Part shown: positions 7,385 through 15,087 of the stretch, piece after piece
Layout: each line of letters opens with the position of its first letter
Position numbering within the stretch: the first letter of the stretch is position 1
Source of the DNA: an uncultured virus (IMG/VR IMGVR_UViG_3300011612_000001)
Taxonomy: Duplodnaviria > Heunggongvirae > Uroviricota > Caudoviricetes
Virus record (IMG/VR): IMGVR_UViG_3300011612_000001
Location: 45,697-65,696 of that record
Length of the DNA stretch: 20,000 nucleotides
Reading direction: 5' to 3' (one strand)
Position numbers and translations under genes: made by a program
The notes under the pieces: generated by a model
What the model saw: only the letters and a program-made list of their open reading frames with translations
The model's database searches: none
Told to the model about the DNA's origin: nothing

Positions 7385-7417
7385 AGTATCAACGATGGAT
7401 CACGCAAGTAACAGCAA
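7385..7417 (-). promoter_or_regulatory. pRE, CII-activated promoter
   Basis: TTGC-N6-TTGC (7404-7417, minus) followed after 13 nt by GATACT; overlaps the cII start as in lambda. Confidence 0.8.
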
Positions 7418-7676
7418 GCTCTCACAGCGAGATATTGACCGGGCAGAAACAGATTTGCTCATCAACCTCTCAACCGTCACACAACGCGGCCTGGCAAAGA
7501 TGGTCGGTTGCCATGAGTCGAAGATAAGCCGGACGGACTGGCGCTTTATTGCGGCGGTTCTGTGTGCGTTTGGGATGGACTCGGATATCAGTCCTATCAG
7601 TCGTGCATTCAGGCATGCACTGGAAGGGCTTACAAATGAAAAACCCCAACCGAGCGGTCACTCGATTAGGGCTTAA
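7395..7676 (+). CDS. cII: CII transcriptional activator
   Basis: SKLSQRDIDRAETDLLINLS..TQRGLAKM.GCHESKISR matches HK022/933W-type CII; position after cro/nutR. Confidence 0.92.
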   Translation: MDHASNSKLSQRDIDRAETDLLINLSTVTQRGLAKMVGCHESKISRTDWRFIAAVLCAFGMDSDISPISRAFRHALEGLTNEKPQPSGHSIRA

Positions 7677-7704
7677 AACACTGTGTTACGCCAACACAAT
7701 CAAC
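7639..7704 (-). ncRNA. oop: OOP antisense RNA to the cII 3' end
   Basis: Promoter TTTACA (7734-7739)-17 bp-CATAAT (7711-7716); starts GTTGAT like lambda OOP; ends in CCCTAATCGAG/CTCGGTTGGGG-TTTTT terminator inside cII. Confidence 0.75.
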
Positions 7705-7725
7705 ACTGAAATTATGCCTGGAATA

Positions 7726-7743
7726 ACTGGATATGTAAACAGT
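7726..7743. promoter_or_regulatory. LexA (SOS) box
   Basis: ACTGGATATGTAAACAGT = CTG-N10-CAG with an AT-rich spacer, over the oop -35. Confidence 0.75.
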
Positions 7744-7755
7744 TAGGGAGGGGGA

Positions 7756-8040
7756 ATGGACAGCTACGACTTCAACGTTCAAGTCCAGATGCCTTCAAGT
7801 TTCCATCCCGATGACGAGAAATGGATACGCGAAATGCTACTCCATCTCGACCCGTCAACGAGAAACAAAATCACCTCGAAATACGGCGAAGTTTTCCAGT
7901 CCGAGTGGGAAATGGAGCCGATTTCCTACAAAAAAAACAACATGGCCCGACACGATGCAAACACCAGGCTGAGGGAATTTGTTCGCAAATATGCGGCTTT
8001 CAGTCGTGGGTATGTCTCAGAGCCTGAGCGACTGGAATAG
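7756..8040 (+). CDS. Hypothetical protein, first gene of the replication module (94 aa)
   Basis: GGAGG RBS; position after cII. Confidence 0.75.
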   Translation: MDSYDFNVQVQMPSSFHPDDEKWIREMLLHLDPSTRNKITSKYGEVFQSEWEMEPISYKKNNMARHDANTRLREFVRKYAAFSRGYVSEPERLE

Positions 8041-8274
8041 CACAAGCCAGGAACACAAGCCAAAAGGCAAGTTCTTCTCTGGCTAGTGTTGCGGAGGCGG
8101 GAACAGCACAGGGCTGAAGGTCAACTTCAGGGTCAAGTTCAAGGGAAGCCCGAGTCTTCGAGTACTCCACCTAAGGATAAGGAGAGGGTAATTCAACTTT
8201 TCCTTATAAAACATCAATTTAAGCAACATCAAAACGACAGGGTTTGTCGCCTAAGCCGACAACCTTTGTCGTAT
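8041..8274. repeat. Repeat-rich spacer, candidate origin/operator
   Basis: CACAAGCCA x2 (8041, 8054); GGTCAA(C/G)TTCA(G/A) x2 (8119, 8131); CGACA-N5-TGTCG x2 (8235-8249, 8257-8271). Confidence 0.6.
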
Positions 8275-8303
8275 TCTTTTAAATCATGCACTTACGGTGA
8301 AAT

Positions 8304-8747
8304 ATGAGCGGATTTTCACGAATATTCCGGCGTCATGAACTATTTCGAAGGATTTCCGGACTGTCTCCAGTCGCAATTGAGCTTTACGGATACCTCATCG
8401 AGAAATGTGACTGGCGGCTTGGAAGGCATGTTGCCAGTACATCGCAATTGGCCCTGGAGTTGAATGTTTCTGAGCGAAGTATTCAGAGAGCAAACAAAGA
8501 GCTTGAGGCAGTGAGCTTACTCAAGGTGAAGCGGGGTATCTACGCGATTAACCCGGAGTTCGCATGGGGAGGGCGTAGCTGGAATATCCCTAAGGCGGCT
8601 TATCACAGCATCAACGCTAAAACGGCGCAGGTAATCAGCTTTGCCGAAGCATCACAGGCACTGAGCGAGGAATCTGCGGAGAGGGCCGGGCGTGAAACCT
8701 TGAGGGAGATTTCAGCCCGGAAACGTAAGGGGAATCAAACGTGTTAA
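8304..8747 (+). CDS. RepL-like winged-HTH replication protein (147 aa)
   Basis: STSQLALELNVSERSIQRANKELE HTH followed by YAINPEFAWGG, typical of RepL-like proteins; precedes helicase and primase. Confidence 0.65.
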   Translation: MSGFSRIFRRHELFRRISGLSPVAIELYGYLIEKCDWRLGRHVASTSQLALELNVSERSIQRANKELEAVSLLKVKRGIYAINPEFAWGGRSWNIPKAAYHSINAKTAQVISFAEASQALSEESAERAGRETLREISARKRKGNQTC

Positions 8748-10378
8748 ATATTAACCCAAAAGAAAAGCAAGTTACAGCGCTCAACATGCTGCGCTCTAAC
8801 TGGAAGCAGCACCGGACAATGCTACTGTCCGCCAGCGTTGGTTTTGGTAAAACGGCAATAGCGGCGTTTATCGCTGACGGGCTGGTAAGCCGCGGAATGC
8901 GGGTGATGTTTCTGGCTCCGTATACCGTTCTGCTCGACCAGACTGCAACACGCTTTGTTGAGTATGGGCTACCGGCTGAGGAAATCGGCTACGTCTGGCG
9001 CAATCATCCGCTCTACGACCCGGAAAAGCTGATTCAGATTGCCAGCGCCGACACGCTGATCCGACGAAATTTTCCTGACAATCTGGATTTGCTGATTGTC
9101 GATGAAGCCCACCTTCGCCGCAAAAAGTTACTCGAAATCATCCGTGATACAGACATTCGCGTTGTCGGACTGTCAGGCACCCCATTTGCGCCGTGGATGG
9201 GGAATTACTACGAAAAGCTGATTAAGCCGACCACGATGAAAGAGCTGATCAGCATCGGAGACCTGAGCGGATATGAGTTTTACGCGCCGGATCATCCCGA
9301 TGTCAGCGGCGTCAAAACATCAAACCTTGCTGCGTTTGGCCGGGACTACAACGAAGACCAGTTAGCCGAAATCATGGGCGACTCAACGCTGGTAGGGAAC
9401 ATCGTGAAAAACTGGCTTGAGCACGGAGAGGACAGGCCGACAGTTTGCTTTTGTGTCAACGTCAAACACGCCAACTACGTCACGATGGAGTTCGTTAAGG
9501 CCGGGGTTAACGCAGAAGTAATGACCGCTGATACGCCCCACGACGAACGTCAGTACATCATCAACCGGTTCGAAACAGGCGCGACCAAAATCATCGTCAA
9601 CGTTGGCGTACTGGTCGCGGGATTCGACAGTGACGTTCGCTGCATAATTTATGCCCGCCCCACTCAGTCAGAAATTCGATGGGTGCAGTGCCTTGGCCGG
9701 GGGCTGAGAACTGCGAAAGGGAAAGACAAATGCCTGATATTCGACCACAGCGGCAGCGTTCATCAGCTTGGATTTCCCGACGAAATTGAATATGACGAAC
9801 TACCTGACAGTAGCGACGGCATGAAGCAGCAGGGTAATAACTTCCAGCAGAAAAAAGCCGAGAAGAAACCGAAAGAATGTTCGTCCTGCCACTACATGAA
9901 ACCAGCAGGTGTCTACGTATGCCCCAAGTGCGGATTTAAACCGCTGGCCGGAGAAAATGTTGACGTTGATGAAAGCCGTGAACTGACAAAAATGAACGGG
10001 AAAGAGAAAATTTATTCCCGTGAAGAAAAGCAGTCCTGGTGGTCACAGATTAAGTTTTATCAGCGTCAGCGGGAGGAAACAGGAAAGCCGATTTCAGATG
10101 GATGGTGTGCGCACACCTTCAAGAAGAAATTTGGCGTATGGCCGCGTAACCTCCACGACACCCCGGTAGAAATCACACCAGAAGTCAGCAACTACATCCG
10201 CTCAAAACAAATCGCCTGGGCAAAAACTCAGGAGAAACACCAGAAAAAATCCGAACCCGAGCCAGAACCAAGCCAGTTGTCTACAGCGCTGGGTATTGTC
10301 CGGGATATCAGAGAACAGTTAGCCAATCGGAGATCGCAAGATGAATCCGCAAGAATTGAAACGAATATTACATTATGA
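8741..10378 (+). CDS. SF2 DEAH-box helicase with C-terminal Zn finger (RadD/T1-helicase-like)
   Basis: Motif I VGFGKT, DEAH, LSGTP, VLVAGFD, QCLGRGLR; CSSC...CPKCG. Confidence 0.92.
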   Translation: MLNINPKEKQVTALNMLRSNWKQHRTMLLSASVGFGKTAIAAFIADGLVSRGMRVMFLAPYTVLLDQTATRFVEYGLPAEEIGYVWRNHPLYDPEKLIQIASADTLIRRNFPDNLDLLIVDEAHLRRKKLLEIIRDTDIRVVGLSGTPFAPWMGNYYEKLIKPTTMKELISIGDLSGYEFYAPDHPDVSGVKTSNLAAFGRDYNEDQLAEIMGDSTLVGNIVKNWLEHGEDRPTVCFCVNVKHANYVTMEFVKAGVNAEVMTADTPHDERQYIINRFETGATKIIVNVGVLVAGFDSDVRCIIYARPTQSEIRWVQCLGRGLRTAKGKDKCLIFDHSGSVHQLGFPDEIEYDELPDSSDGMKQQGNNFQQKKAEKKPKECSSCHYMKPAGVYVCPKCGFKPLAGENVDVDESRELTKMNGKEKIYSREEKQSWWSQIKFYQRQREETGKPISDGWCAHTFKKKFGVWPRNLHDTPVEITPEVSNYIRSKQIAWAKTQEKHQKKSEPEPEPSQLSTALGIVRDIREQLANRRSQDESARIETNITL

Positions 10379-10829
10379 TCCTGAATCAGGAGTTTTCGTT
10401 TGGAAAGTTAAACCAAGCATGATAGTCGATTCTGGTGATATTGCTGGAACCATATGCACTGACGGATACATAAATATTTTAATAAAGCGAAAAAGATATA
10501 AGGCACACCGATTGGCATTTTTATATATGACTGGAGAGTTTCCTGAATATGTAGACCATATCAACGGAATACGTGATGACAATCGATGGAATAATTTACG
10601 GGAATGCAACAGAAAGCAGAATGCGCAAAATGCAAAACTTAGAACAGATAATTCAAGCGGGATAAAAGGCGTGTACTGGCATTCGCGTGCCAAAAAATGG
10701 GCAGCGCAAGCAAGGATGGATGGTAAAACAAAAATCATAGGATATTTCACAGACATAAACGAAGCGATATTAGCAAGGACAGAGTTCGTGAATAAAAACT
10801 ATGACAAGAGGTTTTATCGTGAACACTAA
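10341..10829 (+). CDS. HNH endonuclease with AP2-like domain
   Basis: YDPESGVFVW, YKAHRLAFLYMTG, VDHINGIRDDNRWNNLR, N.SGIKGVYW; visibly AT-rich. Confidence 0.92.
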   Translation: MNPQELKRILHYDPESGVFVWKVKPSMIVDSGDIAGTICTDGYINILIKRKRYKAHRLAFLYMTGEFPEYVDHINGIRDDNRWNNLRECNRKQNAQNAKLRTDNSSGIKGVYWHSRAKKWAAQARMDGKTKIIGYFTDINEAILARTEFVNKNYDKRFYREH

Positions 10830-11796
10830 ACTAAAGACAGTCGAAGCAGTCCGGGGTCGCTGGCCTGAAATCTTCCAGCATTACGACTTACCACCAGTGA
10901 CAGGGAAGAATCACTTCAAGGGAGAGTGCCCTGTCTGCGGAAGGAAAGGGAAATTCAGGATAGATAACAAGGATGGCAGGGGGGAATGGATTTGCACCTG
11001 CGGCGCTGGCGACGGATGGAAACTACTGGAATTAACGCAGGAAAAGGACTTTAAAACGCTCGCCAGAGAAATCGATCAGTTAATCGGCAACACCTACCAG
11101 CCTCAAACACAGCAGACAAAGCCCGCGCCAGTACAGGATTATCGAAGCCGGGTCATCACAAAGTTTTCAACCCTTACCCCATTGCGAGAGACGGCGGCCC
11201 AGCAATATTTCGCCAGTCGCGGCATCCATGAACTACCGGCAACGCACATTCGTTTCAACTGTGAAGAAAAAACCAGCGATGGTGTTTTCCAGTCAGTGTG
11301 GGCGGTGGCTACGGATGATAAGGGCGCGGGCTGCTATCTTCACCGCACCTTCCTGGCTGACGGCAAGAAAGCAGCAATCCAAGCCAGCAAGAAAATGACC
11401 AAACTACAGGATGACGGTTATCTGAACTTTACCGGCTCGGTAGCTATCAGGATGTTCCCGGTTTCAACAACGCTGGGTGTTGCGGAAGGTATCGAGACAG
11501 CACTGTCCTGCAAGCAGATTTACGGATGCAACACCTGGTCAACCCTGAACAGCGGATTTCTTCGCAAGTTCCGGGCACCGAAAGGCGTAAAGCACCTGAT
11601 CATCTTTGCTGACAGCGACGCCAACGGCGCGGGACTGGCAGCGGCGTTTGAGTGCGGGCACCGCAATATCCTCAGCAACAACGATGTAGAAATGGTAAGT
11701 GTTCGCTGGCCGGAGTTCGGCATGGATTTTAACGACATGCTTCAGCATGGCTCAAAAGTATTTCAGCAGCAACTTTATCGAAAAGACGCTGCGTGA
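10819..11796 (+). CDS. DNA primase (Zn-ribbon plus TOPRIM)
   Basis: ECPVCG...FR.D...WICTCGAGDGW Zn ribbon; GVAEGIETALS and IFADSD TOPRIM motifs; GTG 10819 with AGAGG RBS. Confidence 0.9.
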   Translation: MNTKLKTVEAVRGRWPEIFQHYDLPPVTGKNHFKGECPVCGRKGKFRIDNKDGRGEWICTCGAGDGWKLLELTQEKDFKTLAREIDQLIGNTYQPQTQQTKPAPVQDYRSRVITKFSTLTPLRETAAQQYFASRGIHELPATHIRFNCEEKTSDGVFQSVWAVATDDKGAGCYLHRTFLADGKKAAIQASKKMTKLQDDGYLNFTGSVAIRMFPVSTTLGVAEGIETALSCKQIYGCNTWSTLNSGFLRKFRAPKGVKHLIIFADSDANGAGLAAAFECGHRNILSNNDVEMVSVRWPEFGMDFNDMLQHGSKVFQQQLYRKDAA

Positions 11797-11799
11797 CAG

Positions 11800-11824
11800 G
11801 GCCACTTACACAGTGGCCTTTTTA
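11800..11824 (+). terminator. Terminator after primase (tR2-like)
   Basis: GGCCACT-TACAC-AGTGGCC-TTTTT. Confidence 0.8.
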
Positions 11825-11838
11825 TTTGGAGATAAATC

Positions 11839-12132
11839 GTGAAAGTAAAAACATCAGAGCAGGAAGAGTCACGGAAACAGTTTGAGGCGTGGATTACACA
11901 ATGGTGGCCACAGGTGAAAGGTAATATTTGTCGTGATGGTGACAGTTATTCGAATCATTTTATGAACTACGCATGGGAAGGTTGGCAGGAAAGCAGGCGG
12001 GCCATTGCGGTAAACCTCGGAAAGCCGATTTATGTGAAGCATAACGGTGACTATATCCATGCATGGCCAGCTTATAACGTTGATATAGCCATCCGCGCCG
12101 CTGGTCTTACAGTAAAAGGAGACAGCAAGTGA
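11839..12132 (+). CDS. nin-region hypothetical protein
   Basis: GGAG RBS; ESRKQFEAW...AWEGWQ.SR pattern common in lambdoid nin regions. Confidence 0.75.
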   Translation: MKVKTSEQEESRKQFEAWITQWWPQVKGNICRDGDSYSNHFMNYAWEGWQESRRAIAVNLGKPIYVKHNGDYIHAWPAYNVDIAIRAAGLTVKGDSK

Positions 12133-12347
12133 GCGAGTTGAAACCTTGTCCATTTTGCGGTGGGCATGTGGAGACTTTTACGACTGACGGAACTGAAGTT
12201 GGCACCTATTGGTATTGGGCGGAGTGCTGGGTTTGTGAAAGCAGGTCAGGACTCCATGAAACCGCAGAGAAAGCAGCAGAGGCATGGAATCAGAGGGTCA
12301 GCCATGAAGCAAACATACCTGCTTCGCAACGAAGCAATCAGAAATAA
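12129..12347 (+). CDS. Lar-family restriction-alleviation Zn-finger protein
   Basis: MSELKPCPFCGG...C..C...EAWNQR. Confidence 0.8.
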   Translation: MSELKPCPFCGGHVETFTTDGTEVGTYWYWAECWVCESRSGLHETAEKAAEAWNQRVSHEANIPASQRSNQK

Positions 12348-12372
12348 CGCAGGAGGTTTGATTGCAATTTGA
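12304..12372 (+). pseudogene. ninB: 5' remnant of ninB (Orf)
   Basis: GAGGG RBS then MKQTYLLRNEAIRNNA, a NinB-type N-terminus, running into the next gene's RBS and stopping after 22 codons. Confidence 0.65.
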
Positions 12373-12811
12373 ACTGGTGAAACATCCGGGCGGCGTTTTT
12401 TCTCCAGCACACGATATTGACCTCGAACGACTCCAGCGATTCAAAAACGGCGAGATGTACACCGCCGAAATAAAGCTAACCCGCAATCCTCAACTTCACC
12501 GCAAGGTATTGGCCTTCTTTAGATTCTGTTTTCAGTACTGGAATGCAGACAAAGCAGGGCTCAGCAATGCCGATGAAAGAACTCAGTTCAACCGATTCCG
12601 GAAAGACCTGACGATACTGGCTGGCTTCTACGACACGGTTGTGAATATTCGCGGAGAGGTGAGGGCTGAGGCGAAGAGCATCGCTTACGCCAACATGCAG
12701 CAGGATGAGTTCGAGGAGCTATACAACGCATTGATAAACGCGGCCATAAAACACGTGTTTGGACGCACAACTGATCCAAACATTCTCAACCAGCTTTACA
12801 GTTTCTTTTGA
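12362..12811 (+). CDS. DUF1367-family protein
   Basis: RNPQLHRK..AFF, FRKDLTILAGFY, EAKSIAYANM..DEFE.LY motifs; TTG start after AGGAGG. Confidence 0.8.
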   Translation: MQFELVKHPGGVFSPAHDIDLERLQRFKNGEMYTAEIKLTRNPQLHRKVLAFFRFCFQYWNADKAGLSNADERTQFNRFRKDLTILAGFYDTVVNIRGEVRAEAKSIAYANMQQDEFEELYNALINAAIKHVFGRTTDPNILNQLYSFF

Positions 12812-12818
12812 GGTGATT

Positions 12819-13403
12819 ATGGATGAAATATGGATTCCTGTATCAATCTGCCCGGACTATGAAGTAAGCAACATGGGAAATGTTAGGTCTGTAGATAGGA
12901 CTGTTATTTGTAATTCAAGTAACAGAGCTAAAGAATACAAAAGATTCTTTAAAGGTAGAAAAATAAATCCATTCATTTGCAAATCTACTGGATATTTTCA
13001 GATAAGAGTTAAGAAAAGGAAATGCAATGTCCATCGGCTTGTAGCATTTGCGCATTGCAAAGGTTATTCAGATGGCCTCGTTGTTAATCATAAAAACGGA
13101 ATTAGAAGCGATAATAGGGCTGAAAATCTGGAATGGGTTACTCAGTCAGAAAATAACCTTCATGCATTTAGAGTTAATGGGCGAGTTCCCACATCGCTTG
13201 GGAAATTCAGCGGGCAACACCCTACCAGTAAGGCAGTTATTTCAGTAGATATGAAAACTGGAGAGGAAAAATTTTATGAAGCAGCAATGGATGCGGTAAG
13301 GGAGGGGTTCGACAGCTCTTCTATTAGCAGGTGCTGCCACGGTGAGACCGCTTACCACAAGGGACGATATTGGCGTTTCGCAAATGAAAAGGCGGCGGCA
13401 TGA
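12819..13403 (+). CDS. NUMOD4-HNH homing endonuclease with C-terminal HTH
   Basis: EIW.PV...YEVSNMGNVRS (NUMOD4), VHRLVA.A, VVNHKNGIRSDNRAENLEWVT.SEN; start ATG 12819 after GAGGTG. Confidence 0.92.
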   Translation: MDEIWIPVSICPDYEVSNMGNVRSVDRTVICNSSNRAKEYKRFFKGRKINPFICKSTGYFQIRVKKRKCNVHRLVAFAHCKGYSDGLVVNHKNGIRSDNRAENLEWVTQSENNLHAFRVNGRVPTSLGKFSGQHPTSKAVISVDMKTGEEKFYEAAMDAVREGFDSSSISRCCHGETAYHKGRYWRFANEKAAA

Positions 13404-13576
13404 CACGACGACGAAGCGTTACCCAAATAGCGATAGACAATATGATTTTCCGCGTCACCACCCGCACTAAACGCAAGCCAGAACCAAACCCATCCGACAT
13501 TAAATCATTCCCGTATACCGCTCATCTCACCCAGGTGAAATGGGACCGTATGCGTGCGAGGAAAAGACATGACTGA
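13400..13576 (+). CDS. ninE: NinE-like protein (58 aa)
   Basis: Own translation MTRRRSVTQIAIDNMIFRVTTRTKRKPEPNPSDIKSFPYTAHLTQVKWDRMRARKRHD; resembles lambda NinE (RRSIT, YTAHL..IRW). Confidence 0.8.
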   Translation: MTRRRSVTQIAIDNMIFRVTTRTKRKPEPNPSDIKSFPYTAHLTQVKWDRMRARKRHD

Positions 13577-13802
13577 CAATGTAAATCATCCCGATCATTA
13601 CACACAGGCTGGCATTGAGTGCATAGACGCCATATCTGCCGCCACCATTAACAAGCATGGTATTCAGTCCGTGTGTGTCGCTAACGTGATCAAATATCTT
13701 TGGCGCTACGAGAAAAAGAATGGGCTGGAAGATGTGAAAAAAGCCCGCTGGTATCTGGAGCGATTAGTTCTGGAACTGGAGGCCAAAAATGCTTTCTCCT
13801 GA
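13569..13802 (+). CDS. DUF3310 protein (T7 gp1.7 nucleotide-kinase-like)
   Basis: DNVNHPDHY...IECID...NVIKYLWRYEKKNGLED.KKARWYL. Confidence 0.88.
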   Translation: MTDNVNHPDHYTQAGIECIDAISAATINKHGIQSVCVANVIKYLWRYEKKNGLEDVKKARWYLERLVLELEAKNAFS

Positions 13803-13968
13803 ATCCATCCGCCAGTATCAGGCCGAAAGTAATTGTCGCGCCGGATACTGCCTGCATTGCGGAACGATACTCGCGATGGTTGAAACTTATGTATGCGACC
13901 AGTGCGCCATAAACCTTTATCCGGACCCCAACACCACCATGTTTGATGAGGACGAGGAAGATGGTTAG
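13789..13968 (+). CDS. ninF: NinF-like Zn-finger protein (59 aa)
   Basis: Own translation MLSPESIRQYQAESNCRAGYCLHCGTILAMVETYVCDQCAINLYPDPNTTMFDEDEEDG; two CxxC pairs and DPN..M.EE tail; GGAGG RBS. Confidence 0.82.
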   Translation: MLSPESIRQYQAESNCRAGYCLHCGTILAMVETYVCDQCAINLYPDPNTTMFDEDEEDG

Positions 13969-14179
13969 CAAATACAGACGTTTTCTCACTGAAAAAGAGA
14001 CTGCATACATCCGGCGTGTGGCAGGTAAAGCGCCCGCATGGGTTATTGCTCGCCAGATAAAGCGCAAAGAGAAAGACATTTTCAGCTGGGGCTCACGCAA
14101 TCACGTCAGCCTGCGAGTACCCAGTCATATTATGAATAAGTACTGGAGGGGTCATGGTAAAGGCCAGGAAACCGCCTAA
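13961..14179 (+). CDS. Small basic, possibly HTH protein (72 aa)
   Basis: GAGGA RBS before ATG 13961; overlaps ninF and ninG. Confidence 0.65.
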   Translation: MVSKYRRFLTEKETAYIRRVAGKAPAWVIARQIKRKEKDIFSWGSRNHVSLRVPSHIMNKYWRGHGKGQETA

Positions 14180-14738
14180 GCCCAAGAAATGCAAATGCTG
14201 CCCTGAAAAGTTTATCCCCCGCACTACCACACAAACAGTCTGCTCCCCCAAATGCGCACTCCATCTCGCAAAGCAACTAGCCAGACGCAAGCAAAAGCAG
14301 CAGGAAAAAGCCGAACGCGCCGCCTGGAATAAGCGCAAAGCCGATGTTAAGCCGTTAAAGCACTGGGAGGATGCAACCCAGCGTGTGGTTAACGACTACA
14401 TCCGGGAAAGGGACAGGGATTTACCGTGTATCAGTTGCGGAACATGGGTAACCGTTCAGTGGGAAGCCGGTCATTTCAGGTCAAGAGGCGCAGCGTCACA
14501 CCTCAGATACAACGAAGACAATATCCATAAGCAGTGTCACCGGTGCAATGCCGAACTATCAAGCAATGCCATCCCATACCGGGCTGGGCTGGTCGTGAAA
14601 ATCGGCTCTCAGCGCGTCGAGGCGCTCGAAAACAACAACACCCCACACCGATACACCCGCGAAGAACTGAAGAGCATACGCATGCACTACAGGGCGTTAA
14701 TGCGCGAGTTAATCAAAACCAGAGAGGAGGCAGCATGA
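14154..14738 (+). CDS. ninG: NinG/Rap branch-specific endonuclease
   Basis: CKCC..F.P...CSPKCA; YIRERD..LPCISCG; AGHFRSRGAASHLRYNEDNIHKQC.RCN. Confidence 0.93.
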   Translation: MVKARKPPKPKKCKCCPEKFIPRTTTQTVCSPKCALHLAKQLARRKQKQQEKAERAAWNKRKADVKPLKHWEDATQRVVNDYIRERDRDLPCISCGTWVTVQWEAGHFRSRGAASHLRYNEDNIHKQCHRCNAELSSNAIPYRAGLVVKIGSQRVEALENNNTPHRYTREELKSIRMHYRALMRELIKTREEAA

Positions 14739-14914
14739 CGACGCAAAACACTCTCGCGTTACTCAATATGTACCGGTTGATAAACGTACAGGCAGTGAGA
14801 ACGCCATCAGGAATTGTTTTTATGGGAGTGAAAAACCTTCGCGAGGAGGAGAAGAGAAATCTTCTTTCCATTCCACAAGACGAGCTTGAGGCGGCTCTAA
14901 GGTGGCAGCAATGA
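14735..14914 (+). CDS. Small hypothetical protein (59 aa)
   Basis: GAGGAGG RBS, ATGA overlaps; MTTQNTLALLNMY... Confidence 0.7.
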   Translation: MTTQNTLALLNMYRLINVQAVRTPSGIVFMGVKNLREEEKRNLLSIPQDELEAALRWQQ

Positions 14915-15087
14915 ACTCTATAACTCCCATCAACTCAGCACATAAGCGCCACAAAGACCGGGAGATGCTGGAAAGCATCCGACACCAGAAGGAGAACCTG
15001 CGAAAGGTAATTGAAGGGCTGGAGCGCCTTGAAAGGGACTTGCAGAAGAACCTTGGCATTAATCCGGACGGAGGCGACGCAGCATGA
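14911..15087 (+). CDS. Small coiled-coil hypothetical protein (58 aa)
   Basis: ATGA-coupled at both ends, upstream of Q. Confidence 0.7.
   Translation: MNSITPINSAHKRHKDREMLESIRHQKENLRKVIEGLERLERDLQKNLGINPDGGDAA

Noticed and set aside
8041..8271. CRISPR-like or iteron array
   Set aside because: Each repeat occurs only twice, with no regular repeat-spacer period
8086..8307. 73-aa ORF in the replication spacer
   Set aside because: No clear RBS; its low-complexity sequence reflects DNA repeats. Not fully excluded, since it ends in an ATGA overlap
10341..10829. Group I intron or intein around the HNH genes
   Set aside because: Flanking genes look complete and there is no non-coding room for an intron core
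10786..10839. Imperfect duplication TCGTGAA...AAACTA..GACA at the HNH/primase junction as a target-site duplication
   Set aside because: Short, gapped and AT-rich; both copies lie on the same side of the HNH gene
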